A DNA stretch of 64,000 nucleotides, from positions 1 to 64,000 of the forward strand of contig CBDCCZ010000060.1 of the NCBI GenBank assembly GCA_965215005.1. Direction: 5' to 3'. Below are positions 9,840 through 19,482 of the stretch, in pieces. This DNA is from Kofleriaceae bacterium (GTDB lineage: Bacteria > Myxococcota_A > Polyangia > Haliangiales > Haliangiaceae). Each line of letters opens with the position of its first letter. Within the stretch, counting starts at the first letter, position 1. The notes beneath the pieces were generated by a model. The model was not told the DNA's origin. It saw only the letters and a program-made list of their open reading frames with translations, and searched no databases. The position numbers and the translations under genes are program-made.

Positions 9840-11726
9840 GTGACGCGATACCTGCAGCTCGACGAGATGGATACTGGCAATCGCACGCTTGCAGAGTCGC
9901 TGGGCGGGCGCAGCTCCCAGGCCAAGGATTCAGCCTCCGACGGTGCGGTCGTGCCCAACGCCGCGGCAGAACAGACTCGCGTGCTTCCGCCGCGGCTCGA
10001 TCCTGACGCGTCCTCCGGGGGTCCTGACTGGTCGACGCCTGGTTCGGTGTCGGGACTCGGCTCACGACTGGAGTCGCACTCAGGAGTGGATGGACGTACG
10101 ACGTTGCCGACCGTGGTATCAGCCGCGGAGCGGTGGCGGGAGCCAGTCGAGCAAGCTCTGCGCGCGGAGGAGGTAACCCGCGCACGAGTGTGGGCCGCGA
10201 TCGTCTTTCTGCTGTCGAGCGTCGCACTCGCTTATTTGCCATTGCTGCCGGGTTCCGCGAGCCAGAAGGCTGCTTTCGCCGTCAGCCTCGGGTGGCTGGT
10301 CATCGCCTCTGCTTGGGCTTGGATACGCACGCGCAACGTTGCCGACTATACGCCGCTCGTGTTTCGAGTCTTCGGCTGGTCCTGCGTCCTTGCCTCTGCG
10401 GAGATTGTCTATTTTATGGGCGTATTTTCTCCCACTCCGCTCGTCGTCACACTCGGCATTATGTTCATAGGCCTTGGTCTCGATCGCATCTATGCCGTGG
10501 TGATGCCCAGCTGCGCGATCGTTATCTACACGACCCTTACCTGCCTAACGATCGTTGGAGTAATCCCCGACAATGGCCTTATATCTGGGGCGTCCTCGAC
10601 GATCTTCTCGAAGGTGTTTTTAGTCACCGCTGCCTCTCTAGTCCTGACGATGGCGCTTTGGCTGGCGCGGGTATCGCGCCGGTCCATGATCGAAGCCGTG
10701 CGCCGCTCTATGGAGGCAATGCTGGTGGCCGGCGAGCGCGAGGCGCAGCTCGCGGAGGTGCGTGACGACCTCGAACAGGCGCTGCGGGCGGCGGCGGGGC
10801 AGTCGGGTCGTTACAGCGGTGCTGCCGCGGGCCGTTATCAGCTCGGTGAGGTCATTGGACGAGGTGCGATGGGCGAAGTGTACGCAGGAGTGGATCCTAC
10901 GACCGGAGAGCGAGCGGCGGTGAAGGTGCTGCGAGGCGACTTGGCCGCGGCTCCAAACTCCGTGGCGAGATTTCTTCGCGAAGGCGAGCTTGCCGGTTCC
11001 CTGCGCTGCCCGCACGTCGTGAAGGTTTACGCCACCGGAGCATTGACCGATGGCGTGCCGTTTCTGGCGATGGAGCTACTCGAGGGCGAGGATCTGGCGG
11101 CGCTATTGCGGCGCAAACGGAATCTCGAGCGAGATGAGATCCTCGAGCTATGCAGTCAAGTGTCACGCGGCCTCGATGCCGCTCACGCCGTGGGCATCGT
11201 GCACCGCGATCTCAAACCGCATAACCTTTTCTACAATCGCGCCATTGGTGAGGCGCGAGGCCAATGGAAGGTTCTCGACTTCGGCATCTCCAAAACCACG
11301 GGCTCACAAGGCACACTCACGCAGCGGGGAGTTCTCGGTACGCCCGGCTATATGTCGCCAGAGCAGGCGCGCGGTAAGAAAGTTGACCGGCGCGCTGACG
11401 TCTTTGCGCTGGGCGCCGTCCTCTATCGTTCCATTACCGGTCGTCCACCGTTTGGCGGCAATGACCTGCCACAAGTGCTCTTCGATGTGGTCTACAAGAG
11501 CCCGCTGCGGCCCTCGGGGCTCGTCGAGCGCCTGCCGGAGGACGTCGAGGCGGTGCTCGCCATCGCGCTCGCAAAAGCGCCCGACCACCGTTTCGACAGC
11601 GCCCATGAGCTCTCCGATGCCCTCCGCCGCGCGTACTCGCATCGGCTATCCAATCGCTACCGTCAGCTCGCCAAGCAGTTGGTTGCGGAGCGGCCCTGGG
11701 ATCAGCTGGCAGAGCCAGTCGGCTAA
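9840..11726 (+). CDS. Membrane-anchored Ser/Thr protein kinase (multi-TM N-terminus, C-terminal kinase)
   Basis: About six hydrophobic helices, then IGRGAMGEVY, AVKVL, HRDLKPHN, DFG, GTPGYMSPEQ. Start may be ATG 9867. Confidence 0.92.
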   Translation: MTRYLQLDEMDTGNRTLAESLGGRSSQAKDSASDGAVVPNAAAEQTRVLPPRLDPDASSGGPDWSTPGSVSGLGSRLESHSGVDGRTTLPTVVSAAERWREPVEQALRAEEVTRARVWAAIVFLLSSVALAYLPLLPGSASQKAAFAVSLGWLVIASAWAWIRTRNVADYTPLVFRVFGWSCVLASAEIVYFMGVFSPTPLVVTLGIMFIGLGLDRIYAVVMPSCAIVIYTTLTCLTIVGVIPDNGLISGASSTIFSKVFLVTAASLVLTMALWLARVSRRSMIEAVRRSMEAMLVAGEREAQLAEVRDDLEQALRAAAGQSGRYSGAAAGRYQLGEVIGRGAMGEVYAGVDPTTGERAAVKVLRGDLAAAPNSVARFLREGELAGSLRCPHVVKVYATGALTDGVPFLAMELLEGEDLAALLRRKRNLERDEILELCSQVSRGLDAAHAVGIVHRDLKPHNLFYNRAIGEARGQWKVLDFGISKTTGSQGTLTQRGVLGTPGYMSPEQARGKKVDRRADVFALGAVLYRSITGRPPFGGNDLPQVLFDVVYKSPLRPSGLVERLPEDVEAVLAIALAKAPDHRFDSAHELSDALRRAYSHRLSNRYRQLAKQLVAERPWDQLAEPVG

Positions 11727-11798
11727 GCTCGCCCATCCGAGGCCATTGATGCCTCCGGTCGAGCAATTCTCCTCCTTGCTGTGTCTAGAGTAGGGCCC

Positions 11799-12671
11799 GT
11801 GACTTCGGAGATCTTGCTCATAGACACGTTCTCTCTGCTCTTCCGCGCTCATCACGCGTTGCCAGCCATGAATCGCCGTGATGGGTTACCCACGGCGGCG
11901 CTCTACGGAATGAGTGTTCTCCTCCTCAAGCTGCTGCGTGAGCGCCGGCCGCGCGGAATTGCCTTCGCCTACGAGGGCGGAGACAACCTTCGACGACAGC
12001 GCTTACCTACTTACAAGGCGTCGCGCCCGCCGATGCCGCAGGAGCTCGTCGCGCAGCTGCCGCACGTGGAGACGCTACGAGCCGCGTTCGGTGCCCCGAG
12101 ACTCGCCGCTCATGGCTTCGAGGCCGACGACGTGCTGGCGACGGTGGCGCGTGAGCTGCGCGATCGTGGCGAGGCCGCATGCATCGTGAGCGGAGACCGC
12201 GACTTGCTCGCGGTTGCCAAGGGATCGACCCGCGTGTTGTTCATTGGACGACGCGGCCAAGACCATGTCGAATACGATCAAGCGGCGGTAGAACGGCGCT
12301 TTGGCGTCACGATTGAGCGGATGGCCACGTTCATCGCGCTGATCGGCGACCCCAGCGATAATCTCCCCGGTGTTCCGGGTGTTGGCCCCAAGACGGCCGC
12401 GCGCTGGATCTCGTTGCACGGTGACATCGACGCCATCGTGGCCGCTGCCCCGGCCCTCGAGCCAGCGCGGCTTTGCAGCGTGGTGCGCGCTCACGCCGAC
12501 GCGCTGCGGGCTGCCGAAGACGTGGCCCGCCTCGAGGAGGCATTGCCGCTCGTGCCGACCCCGCGCTACGCTCTCGTGACGAGCCATGTGTGGCCGGCGT
12601 TGCGTGAGCTCTTCGAGGACCTCGAGTTCACCAGCCTGCTCGCGCGTCTCGACGAGCTAGCTAGCTCGTGA
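11799..12671 (+). CDS. Stand-alone 5'-3' exonuclease/flap endonuclease (Pol I N-terminal-like)
   Basis: LLIDTFSLLFRAHHA, YKASR, FEADD, SGDRD and the H3TH motif GDPSDNLPGVPGVGPKTA. Confidence 0.92.
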   Translation: MTSEILLIDTFSLLFRAHHALPAMNRRDGLPTAALYGMSVLLLKLLRERRPRGIAFAYEGGDNLRRQRLPTYKASRPPMPQELVAQLPHVETLRAAFGAPRLAAHGFEADDVLATVARELRDRGEAACIVSGDRDLLAVAKGSTRVLFIGRRGQDHVEYDQAAVERRFGVTIERMATFIALIGDPSDNLPGVPGVGPKTAARWISLHGDIDAIVAAAPALEPARLCSVVRAHADALRAAEDVARLEEALPLVPTPRYALVTSHVWPALRELFEDLEFTSLLARLDELASS

Positions 12672-12820
12672 CGAAGGCCGACCGACCGTAGGTTTTCGAT
12701 GCACTATAGTTCAAGAGACGGCCGCATCATACGGCCGCTCGAGCGATGGTATTGCCCGAATTTGCTGAGGAAACCTCGGCTCGCCTTGATCGATGGCCAA
12801 TGGCGCGCGATAAGGACGCT

Positions 12821-13324
12821 ATGTCGGAGTCGATTCTGCTGTCGTTTCAGCTCAATGGCGAGCCGGTGGAGGTCGCGGCGCCAGCTCACTGGACCGTCCT
12901 CGAAGTGCTGCGCTACAAGCTCGACCTGATCGGCACCAAGCAGGGCTGCGACAAAGGTGACTGCGGTGCTTGCACCGTACAACTCGATGGCCGGCCGGTA
13001 CTTTCTTGCATCACCCTTGGTGCCCATGCGCATGGCCATGATGTCACCACGGTAGAGGGGCTCACAGGGCCGGCCCTGCACCCACTGCATGATTGTTTCG
13101 ATCGCTGGGTCGCGGCGCAGTGCGGGTTCTGCACGCCGGGTATATTGATGGCAGCCGAGGCGTATCTACGCAAAGTCGGGCGGCCTATCACGCGCCAAGA
13201 GGCTGCCGCCGCGCTGGCCTCTAACCTGTGTCGCTGTACCGGCTATACCAAGATTCTCGACGCAGTGGTCGAGGCATCCGAGCGCATGGCCGTTGGCGAG
13301 CCTGCCCGCCAGGGAGACGCGTAA
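12821..13324 (+). CDS. Xanthine dehydrogenase-family [2Fe-2S] subunit (HcrC-like)
   Basis: GTKQGCDKGDCGACTV, QCGFCTPG, NLCRCTGY. Confidence 0.93.
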   Translation: MSESILLSFQLNGEPVEVAAPAHWTVLEVLRYKLDLIGTKQGCDKGDCGACTVQLDGRPVLSCITLGAHAHGHDVTTVEGLTGPALHPLHDCFDRWVAAQCGFCTPGILMAAEAYLRKVGRPITRQEAAAALASNLCRCTGYTKILDAVVEASERMAVGEPARQGDA

Positions 13325-15732
13325 TGGGAGACTTTTCAAAAAAAGGCGATGGTCGCAGCGAAGGCCACGCCGACCACTGGCAGCTCGGCAGAGCGCATCG
13401 CAAGGTCGACGCCGTCGATCGCATGCGCGGCATCATGCGCTACACCGACGACCTGAAGTTGCCCGGGATGCTGCATGGAAAGATCAAGCGCAGCCCGCAT
13501 CCCCACGCCAGAATCAAGCAAATCTCGACAGAACGAGCTCTGACGTTGCCGGGTGTGCACGCCGTGGTGACCGGACGCGATTTTCCCATCCCCTATGGAG
13601 TCATTCCCTGGACTCCTGATGAGAATGCGCTAGCAGTCGAGAAAGTCTGCTACGTGGGCGATGGCGTAGCCGCGGTTGCGGCAGTCGATGAAGACACGGC
13701 GATCGCCGCACTCGAGGCCATTGAGGTTGAGTACGAGCTATTGCCGCCATTCTACGAGCCCGAAGAGGCACTCGCAAATCGCGACCCAACGCTGCAGATA
13801 AATCCATACTCGCGCAAGGGCAACCTTTCCAAGCACGTTCTATTGGAGTTTGGTGACGTAGAGGATGCAATCGCCAAGGCCGATGTGGTCATCGAGGATG
13901 AATACTTCTTCGAAGGAACCACGCACGCAGCAATAGAGCCGCACTGCGCGGTGGCGAACGTGGATCAAAATGGTGTGCTGACCGTATGGTCGGCCACCCA
14001 AGTATCCCATTATCTGCACCGGGAGCTCGCCAAGGTTCTCGAGCTCCCCGCGCACCGCATCCGCGTGATTCAGCCGCCGCTCGGGGGCGCCTTTGGCGGC
14101 AAGTCGGAGCCGTTCGACCTGGAGTTCTGCGTCGCCAAGATGGCACTTGCCACCGGCAGACCGGTGAAGATCCTCTACACGCGCGAGGAGGTCTTCTATA
14201 GCCACCGAGGCCGGCATCCCATGAAGATGCGCTATCGCACAGGGCTCGACGCCAGCGGCAAGATCACTGGCGTCGACGCCAAGACCATCATCGATGGCGG
14301 TGCGTACTCGAGCTTTGGCTTGGTTACGACCTATTACTCAGGGCAGCTCTTGTGCGCGCCCTACGTGTTCCCGACATATCGTTTCGACTCGACGCGCGCC
14401 TATACCAATAAACCAGCATGCGGGCCCAAGCGCGGCCACGGCAGCGTGCAGCCGCGGTTCGCTATCGAATGTCAGCTGGATAAAGCCGCCGAGCGGCTCG
14501 GCGTCGATCCGATCGAGCTGCGCCGGCGAAACTTTATCGGCTCCGACACCACCACCGTCAACGAGTTTCGCGTCGGCTCCAATGGATTTCTCGAATGCCT
14601 AGAGCGAGTCGAGCGCGCCAGCGAATGGCGGAGCCGGTATGGAAAGCTCGACTACGGTCGTGGCCTCGGCGTGGCAGGCTCAACGTACATTAGCGGCACC
14701 AACTACGCCATTTATCCCAACGAGATGCCGCAAGCGGCGGTGCAGGTAACACTCGATAGGTCTGGTCGGGCGCGGGTGTTTTCTGGCGCCAACGACATTG
14801 GCCAAGGCTCCAACACGATGTTGGCAGTCATCGTTTCGGAAGAGCTGGGCCTTGATCTCGATGACATTCGCGTGCTCAGCGCCGATAGCGATTTATGTCC
14901 AGTCGACTTAGGTGCCTATAGCTCGCGCATCACGCTCATGGTTGGCAACGCGTGCTTGGCGGCGGCGCGGCAACTGCGCAAGCTGGTCTGTGAATCCGTG
15001 GCGCGGCGTTGGGAAGTGCCGACTCGGCGGATTACTCTGGCTGGTCGCAAGGCCCTCGATATCGAGGATCCGGGTCGGAATCTAGATCTTGCCGAGGCGT
15101 TCCAAATGGCAGAAACCGACCACGGCCTGTTAGCAGCCGCCGGCAATTACGATACGCCCAAAGACCGGCATGGAGACTATCGCGGCGGAACGATTGGCGC
15201 ATCGCCCGCATATAGTTTCACGGCGCATGTGGCCGAGGTCGAGGTCGACACTGAGACCGGCATCGTGGTGGTGAACAAGGTTTGGGTGGCGCACGACTGC
15301 GGGAAAGCTCTCAGTCCCAAGATCGTCGAGGGGCAGATGGAGGGCAGCGTGTATATGGGGTTTGCCGAGGCGATCATGGAGCAACACATCGTCGATCCTG
15401 CGCACGGTGGAGTTCACACCGGTCCGAGCTTGCTCGATTATCGCCTCCCGACGTTCGAGGATACCCCGGAGATCTTCAGCTCGATCGTCGAGCATCCCGA
15501 CGCCAATGGCCCTTACGGCGCCAAGGAAGCGGGAGAAGGACCGCTTCATCCGATCATACCGGCCATTTCCAATGCTATTTACGATGCGATCGGCGTGCGC
15601 ATGAACGCAACGCCGTTCAGCCCGCCGCGCATCCTGGCGGCGCTGGAGGCGCGGCGAGAACATGAAGCCTCGAAGCAGCTCGAGCCGCACAAGGGCCATC
15701 CTCTAGCGACTCCCACGCAGGAGGTTGCCTGA
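13324..15732 (+). CDS. Xanthine dehydrogenase-family molybdopterin subunit (HcrA-like)
   Basis: GGAFGGK, RGHG, DIGQGS, YSSR, GQMEG, KEAGEG; TAATG coupling to the upstream gene. Confidence 0.92.
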   Translation: MGDFSKKGDGRSEGHADHWQLGRAHRKVDAVDRMRGIMRYTDDLKLPGMLHGKIKRSPHPHARIKQISTERALTLPGVHAVVTGRDFPIPYGVIPWTPDENALAVEKVCYVGDGVAAVAAVDEDTAIAALEAIEVEYELLPPFYEPEEALANRDPTLQINPYSRKGNLSKHVLLEFGDVEDAIAKADVVIEDEYFFEGTTHAAIEPHCAVANVDQNGVLTVWSATQVSHYLHRELAKVLELPAHRIRVIQPPLGGAFGGKSEPFDLEFCVAKMALATGRPVKILYTREEVFYSHRGRHPMKMRYRTGLDASGKITGVDAKTIIDGGAYSSFGLVTTYYSGQLLCAPYVFPTYRFDSTRAYTNKPACGPKRGHGSVQPRFAIECQLDKAAERLGVDPIELRRRNFIGSDTTTVNEFRVGSNGFLECLERVERASEWRSRYGKLDYGRGLGVAGSTYISGTNYAIYPNEMPQAAVQVTLDRSGRARVFSGANDIGQGSNTMLAVIVSEELGLDLDDIRVLSADSDLCPVDLGAYSSRITLMVGNACLAAARQLRKLVCESVARRWEVPTRRITLAGRKALDIEDPGRNLDLAEAFQMAETDHGLLAAAGNYDTPKDRHGDYRGGTIGASPAYSFTAHVAEVEVDTETGIVVVNKVWVAHDCGKALSPKIVEGQMEGSVYMGFAEAIMEQHIVDPAHGGVHTGPSLLDYRLPTFEDTPEIFSSIVEHPDANGPYGAKEAGEGPLHPIIPAISNAIYDAIGVRMNATPFSPPRILAALEARREHEASKQLEPHKGHPLATPTQEVA

Positions 15733-16739
15733 TGCTGCGACTTCCTAAGTTCGAGGTCATTGCCCCAACCAACATTGGCGATGCGGTGGCGGCACTGCAG
15801 CAACCGGGGGCGCGGCTGGTCGCCGGCGGTACCGACATCCTGCCGAATCTCAAGCATCGGCTCGACCAGCCGCCGGTGCTGGTGACCCTCAACCGGCTCG
15901 AGGCCCTGCGCCACGTCACCGTCGATGAAGCGGCGGGGCTGGTGCGAATCGGTGCTGGCGTCACTCTCACCGAGGTGGCCGAGGAGATGACGGTGCGCGA
16001 GCGGCTGCCAAGCTTGGCCCGTGCGGCCAGCTTGGTGGCCAGTCCTTCCATTCGCAACATGGCGACTCTTGGCGGCAATATTCACCTGGATACCCGTTGC
16101 CGCTATGTAAATCAGTCGCATTTCTGGCGAGAGGCGATTGGTGGCGGTTGCCTCAAGTCTGAGGGCAGCGTGTGTCATGTGGTGCCCAAAGGCCGCAACT
16201 GCGTAGCCGCCATGTCGAGCGACTGCGTTCCCGCATTGGCGTCGCTGGATGCCGAGCTCGTGCTGCTTGGCCCCGAAGGCGAGCGGCGAGTAGCCATCGC
16301 CGAGTACTACAACAGCGACGGCATAGCGCACGTAAACAAGCGCCCCGGTGAGCTGATGACCGAGGTGCGAGTTCCGCTGCCGCGAGGGCCACGGCGAGCG
16401 ACCTACGCGAAATGGACGGTGCGGCGCTCCATCGACTTCCCGCTGGTGAGTGTGGCGTTGCGTTTCGATCTCGATCGCGACGCTACGAGTGGTTCTATCG
16501 TCGACGCGCGGGTCTGCGTTGGTGTGCTCAACGCGGTGCCGCGGGTGCTCAAACGCACAGACGCCCTTCACGGCAAGGCTCTCCATGACCCGCAGGTGAC
16601 GGCAAAGCTGTGCGAGCTGGTGCACGCGCAGTGCAAACCGCTCGAGAACGTTCCCTACGAGGCCCCTTACCGGCGTAAGATGCTGCCGGTCTACACCAGG
16701 CGAGCGATGACACAGCTCATCCAAGGAGAGCGCGCGTGA
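15732..16739 (+). CDS. FAD-binding subunit with [4Fe-4S] insert (HcrB-like)
   Basis: AGGTD and IRNMATLGGN; Cys insert CRYVNQSHFWREAIGGGCLKSEGSVCHVVPKGRNC; RRSIDFPL. Confidence 0.9.
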   Translation: MLRLPKFEVIAPTNIGDAVAALQQPGARLVAGGTDILPNLKHRLDQPPVLVTLNRLEALRHVTVDEAAGLVRIGAGVTLTEVAEEMTVRERLPSLARAASLVASPSIRNMATLGGNIHLDTRCRYVNQSHFWREAIGGGCLKSEGSVCHVVPKGRNCVAAMSSDCVPALASLDAELVLLGPEGERRVAIAEYYNSDGIAHVNKRPGELMTEVRVPLPRGPRRATYAKWTVRRSIDFPLVSVALRFDLDRDATSGSIVDARVCVGVLNAVPRVLKRTDALHGKALHDPQVTAKLCELVHAQCKPLENVPYEAPYRRKMLPVYTRRAMTQLIQGERA

Positions 16740-17083
16740 AAAACCGAAGCATGCTTGCGGTCTTGCTGTTGCCGATCATCACGTTTGGCATCTATCCGCT
16801 CTTTTGGTTCGCGTCGACCAAACGAGAGATGAATCGCTTGGGAACGGATATCCCCACGGCTTGGCTCGTCATCATTCCGCTCATCAACTTCTGGTGGATG
16901 TGGAAGTGGAGTGAAGGCGTCGAGCACGTCACCAACGGCAAAATGTCCGGTCCCGTCGCATTCCTGTTGATGTTGGTGATCCCGTGGCCGGGACTGGCCG
17001 TCGTTCAAGATTCCTTTCACAAGCACGCGCTGACCGCGCCGAGCAGCGAGCCGCAACTACCCAACGCGCGCATCGCCTCCTGA
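16736..17083 (+). CDS. Small membrane protein (DUF4234-like)
   Basis: LLLPIITFGIYPLFW signature; three TM segments; GTGA overlap. Confidence 0.75.
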   Translation: MKNRSMLAVLLLPIITFGIYPLFWFASTKREMNRLGTDIPTAWLVIIPLINFWWMWKWSEGVEHVTNGKMSGPVAFLLMLVIPWPGLAVVQDSFHKHALTAPSSEPQLPNARIAS

Positions 17084-17104
17084 GGCCATCACAGAACCGT
17101 TCCC

Positions 17105-17599
17105 ATGAGCCGTGTGCTCGCGTCGGGTTGGCTTCTGCGGGCGGGGCTCGCTGTCGTGCTCATCAGTGGTTGCAGCCGCGGAGCGCGCAGTCGGCGGGTT
17201 GTCTTGGAACAGCAAATCGGCGCCGGCATCGAAAAGCAGCTCGGTGTCGTGGTTGAACAGGTTAGTTGCCCTCGGCTTTCCATCGGCGCCGCCTGCGACG
17301 TGCAGTTGGCGACAGGGGAGCGGTTGATCGTCGACCTCGACGACCTCAACCGCAGAAACGTCCAGTGGCGCACGCGCGGGCTCGTCATTCGCGTCGATGA
17401 GCTCGAGGAACACCTGGCTAACCAGCTGGGCGGCTCGGAGGTTCAGCCACGCGTAGACTGTGGTGGCGCAGTGCGAGCGGGCGAGGTTGGGATGAAGGTG
17501 GAGTGCAGTATTGACTTCGGTGAGGGCCGGACCGCGCGAGCGGTGGCGACGATCCTCAATGACGCGGGCGAAGCGAGCTTCACTATGCAGGAGCCGTGA
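17105..17599 (+). CDS. Lipoprotein (DUF4333-like)
   Basis: Lipobox LISGC; two V(S/D)C...C repeats. Confidence 0.65.
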   Translation: MSRVLASGWLLRAGLAVVLISGCSRGARSRRVVLEQQIGAGIEKQLGVVVEQVSCPRLSIGAACDVQLATGERLIVDLDDLNRRNVQWRTRGLVIRVDELEEHLANQLGGSEVQPRVDCGGAVRAGEVGMKVECSIDFGEGRTARAVATILNDAGEASFTMQEP

Positions 17600-17670
17600 G
17601 AGCTCAGACGCCCGTGCGCTGCGCTCCCTGCGGCTTTGTTCCTCGAGTCCTCATGGGATAGCGTTCTTCA

Positions 17671-19410
17671 ATGAAGTCGACTGTCCTGCTCGCGTTGCTC
17701 GCGGTCGCCGGTTGCGGTAACGCCCCGCCCGCACTCGAACCAGCAATGCTGCCCGCAGCGCCAGCCGCGGCACCGCAGCGCGCCGCAGCTCTCGCTTCGC
17801 CTATGACGATCTCGATCATCGGCACGAGCGACCTGCACGGTGCGCTCGAGCGCTTGCCGATCCTCGCTGGATTCATCGATGCCTTGCGAGCGAGCTACGA
17901 AAGCCGTGCCGGTGGCGTGGTGCTAATCGATGCTGGCGATATGTTCCAGGGCACGCTCGAGTCGAACCTCAATGAGGGCGCCGCAGTGATCGCAGCCTAC
18001 GGAGCCATGGGGTATCACGCGGCGGCGATTGGCAACCATGAGCTCGATTTCGGGCCTGTGGGTCCGCGATCGGTTCCCGAGTCGGCGGGTGACGATCCGC
18101 AAGGAGCACTCAAAGCTCGAGCGCGTGAAGCCTCGTTTCCGCTGCTCGCCGCCAACCTCGCGGGCGCCGCCGGCGGCGAGCTCATCACGTGGCCCGGCAC
18201 TGCTCCCTCTGCACTCGTCGACGTAGCCGGCGTGCAGGTTGGCCTCGTCGGCGTGACGACCATCGAGACCCCCACAACGACCATGCCGCTCAACGTACAC
18301 AACCTGCGCGTGCTTCCCTTAGCCGAGGCGATAGGTCGCGAAGCCACCTCGCTTCGACAGCGCGGCGCCGCGATCATTGTGGTCGCAGCGCACGCCGGTG
18401 GCGCGTGCGGCGCGTTGGAGCAGCCCGATGATCTATCGTCTTGTGAGCCCGATGCCGAGATTTTTGAGGTGGCGCGCGCGCTTCCCAGCGGCCTCGTTGA
18501 CGTCATCGTCGCCGGCCATACCCATCGCGCGGTGGCGCATTGGGTCAACGGCATCGCGGTGGTTCAGGGGTATGCCAATGGTACGCACTTCTCGCGCGTC
18601 GACTTGACGGTCCGTGCTGGTCAGGTGGTCCAGACGACGATCTTTCCGCCAATGCCTACTTGCGCGAATGACCCCCAGACGGCGCCGAAGGAGTGCGTGG
18701 TGCCCTCGTATGCGGGCCAGGCGGTCGAGCGGTCCGCGGCAGTCGCCGCCGTGATCGCGCCGGCCCTCGCGGCTGCCGCCGAGCAGCGCGCCCAATCGCT
18801 TGGCGTACGAGTCGCGGCCCCCGTCGAGCGCGCGTATGACCAAGAATCCGCGCTGGGGAATCTGTTTGCTGACCTGATGCTCGCCGCCCAGCCTGGTGCG
18901 GACGTCGCGATCATCAATGGTGGCGGCTTGCGCGCCGACTTGCCTGCAGGGCTACTCAGGTATGGCGAGCTGCATCGCGCCCACCCATTCGACAATCGCT
19001 TCGCGCGCATCGCGATGACCGGTTCCCAGCTCGAGGCGCTAGTTCGCTTCAATCTCGAACGTGATGACGGCATCTTCTCGTATTCGGGCGTGCTGGTGCG
19101 CGCGCACTGTCGCGCCCACGATCTCGCCATCGAGCTGCGCCGCAGCAATGGCACCCGCATCACTCCCACGGAGCGCTTGTTCCTCGTCACCAGTGACTTT
19201 CTCGCCAGCGGTGGCGGCGGCGCTTTCGACGCCCTCGCGCTTCCTCCCGGCGCCATTGAAGTCGGCACCGAACCGATTCGCGAGGCGATGGCACGCCTTC
19301 TGCGTCGTCGCCAGGCGCCGCTTTCCGGGGCAGACGCCGCGATCGACCCGCGCAAGCGCCGTCGTCTGGACTTTCCTGGCCAGCGCCCGGTCCGTTGTAG
19401 CCAAGACTGA
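17671..19410 (+). CDS. Bifunctional metallophosphatase/5'-nucleotidase lipoprotein
   Basis: Lipobox VAGC; SDLHG, DAGDMFQG, GNHE, GHTH, ESALGNL, NGGGLR, PFDN. Confidence 0.92.
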   Translation: MKSTVLLALLAVAGCGNAPPALEPAMLPAAPAAAPQRAAALASPMTISIIGTSDLHGALERLPILAGFIDALRASYESRAGGVVLIDAGDMFQGTLESNLNEGAAVIAAYGAMGYHAAAIGNHELDFGPVGPRSVPESAGDDPQGALKARAREASFPLLAANLAGAAGGELITWPGTAPSALVDVAGVQVGLVGVTTIETPTTTMPLNVHNLRVLPLAEAIGREATSLRQRGAAIIVVAAHAGGACGALEQPDDLSSCEPDAEIFEVARALPSGLVDVIVAGHTHRAVAHWVNGIAVVQGYANGTHFSRVDLTVRAGQVVQTTIFPPMPTCANDPQTAPKECVVPSYAGQAVERSAAVAAVIAPALAAAAEQRAQSLGVRVAAPVERAYDQESALGNLFADLMLAAQPGADVAIINGGGLRADLPAGLLRYGELHRAHPFDNRFARIAMTGSQLEALVRFNLERDDGIFSYSGVLVRAHCRAHDLAIELRRSNGTRITPTERLFLVTSDFLASGGGGAFDALALPPGAIEVGTEPIREAMARLLRRRQAPLSGADAAIDPRKRRRLDFPGQRPVRCSQD

Positions 19411-19482
19411 GCATGGCTGGAAACGCCGATCGCCGCCGCCGACGCAGTGGTGTACGCTGTCGGCAACTGCCCGAGGATCACA

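Noticed and set aside
8993..9843. ORFs 9109-9843(+) and 8993-9658(-)
   Set aside because: Shadow frames over the lectin gene and repeat; their VFHGGSREPLEK / VHDFRRE peptides are just the translated repeat.
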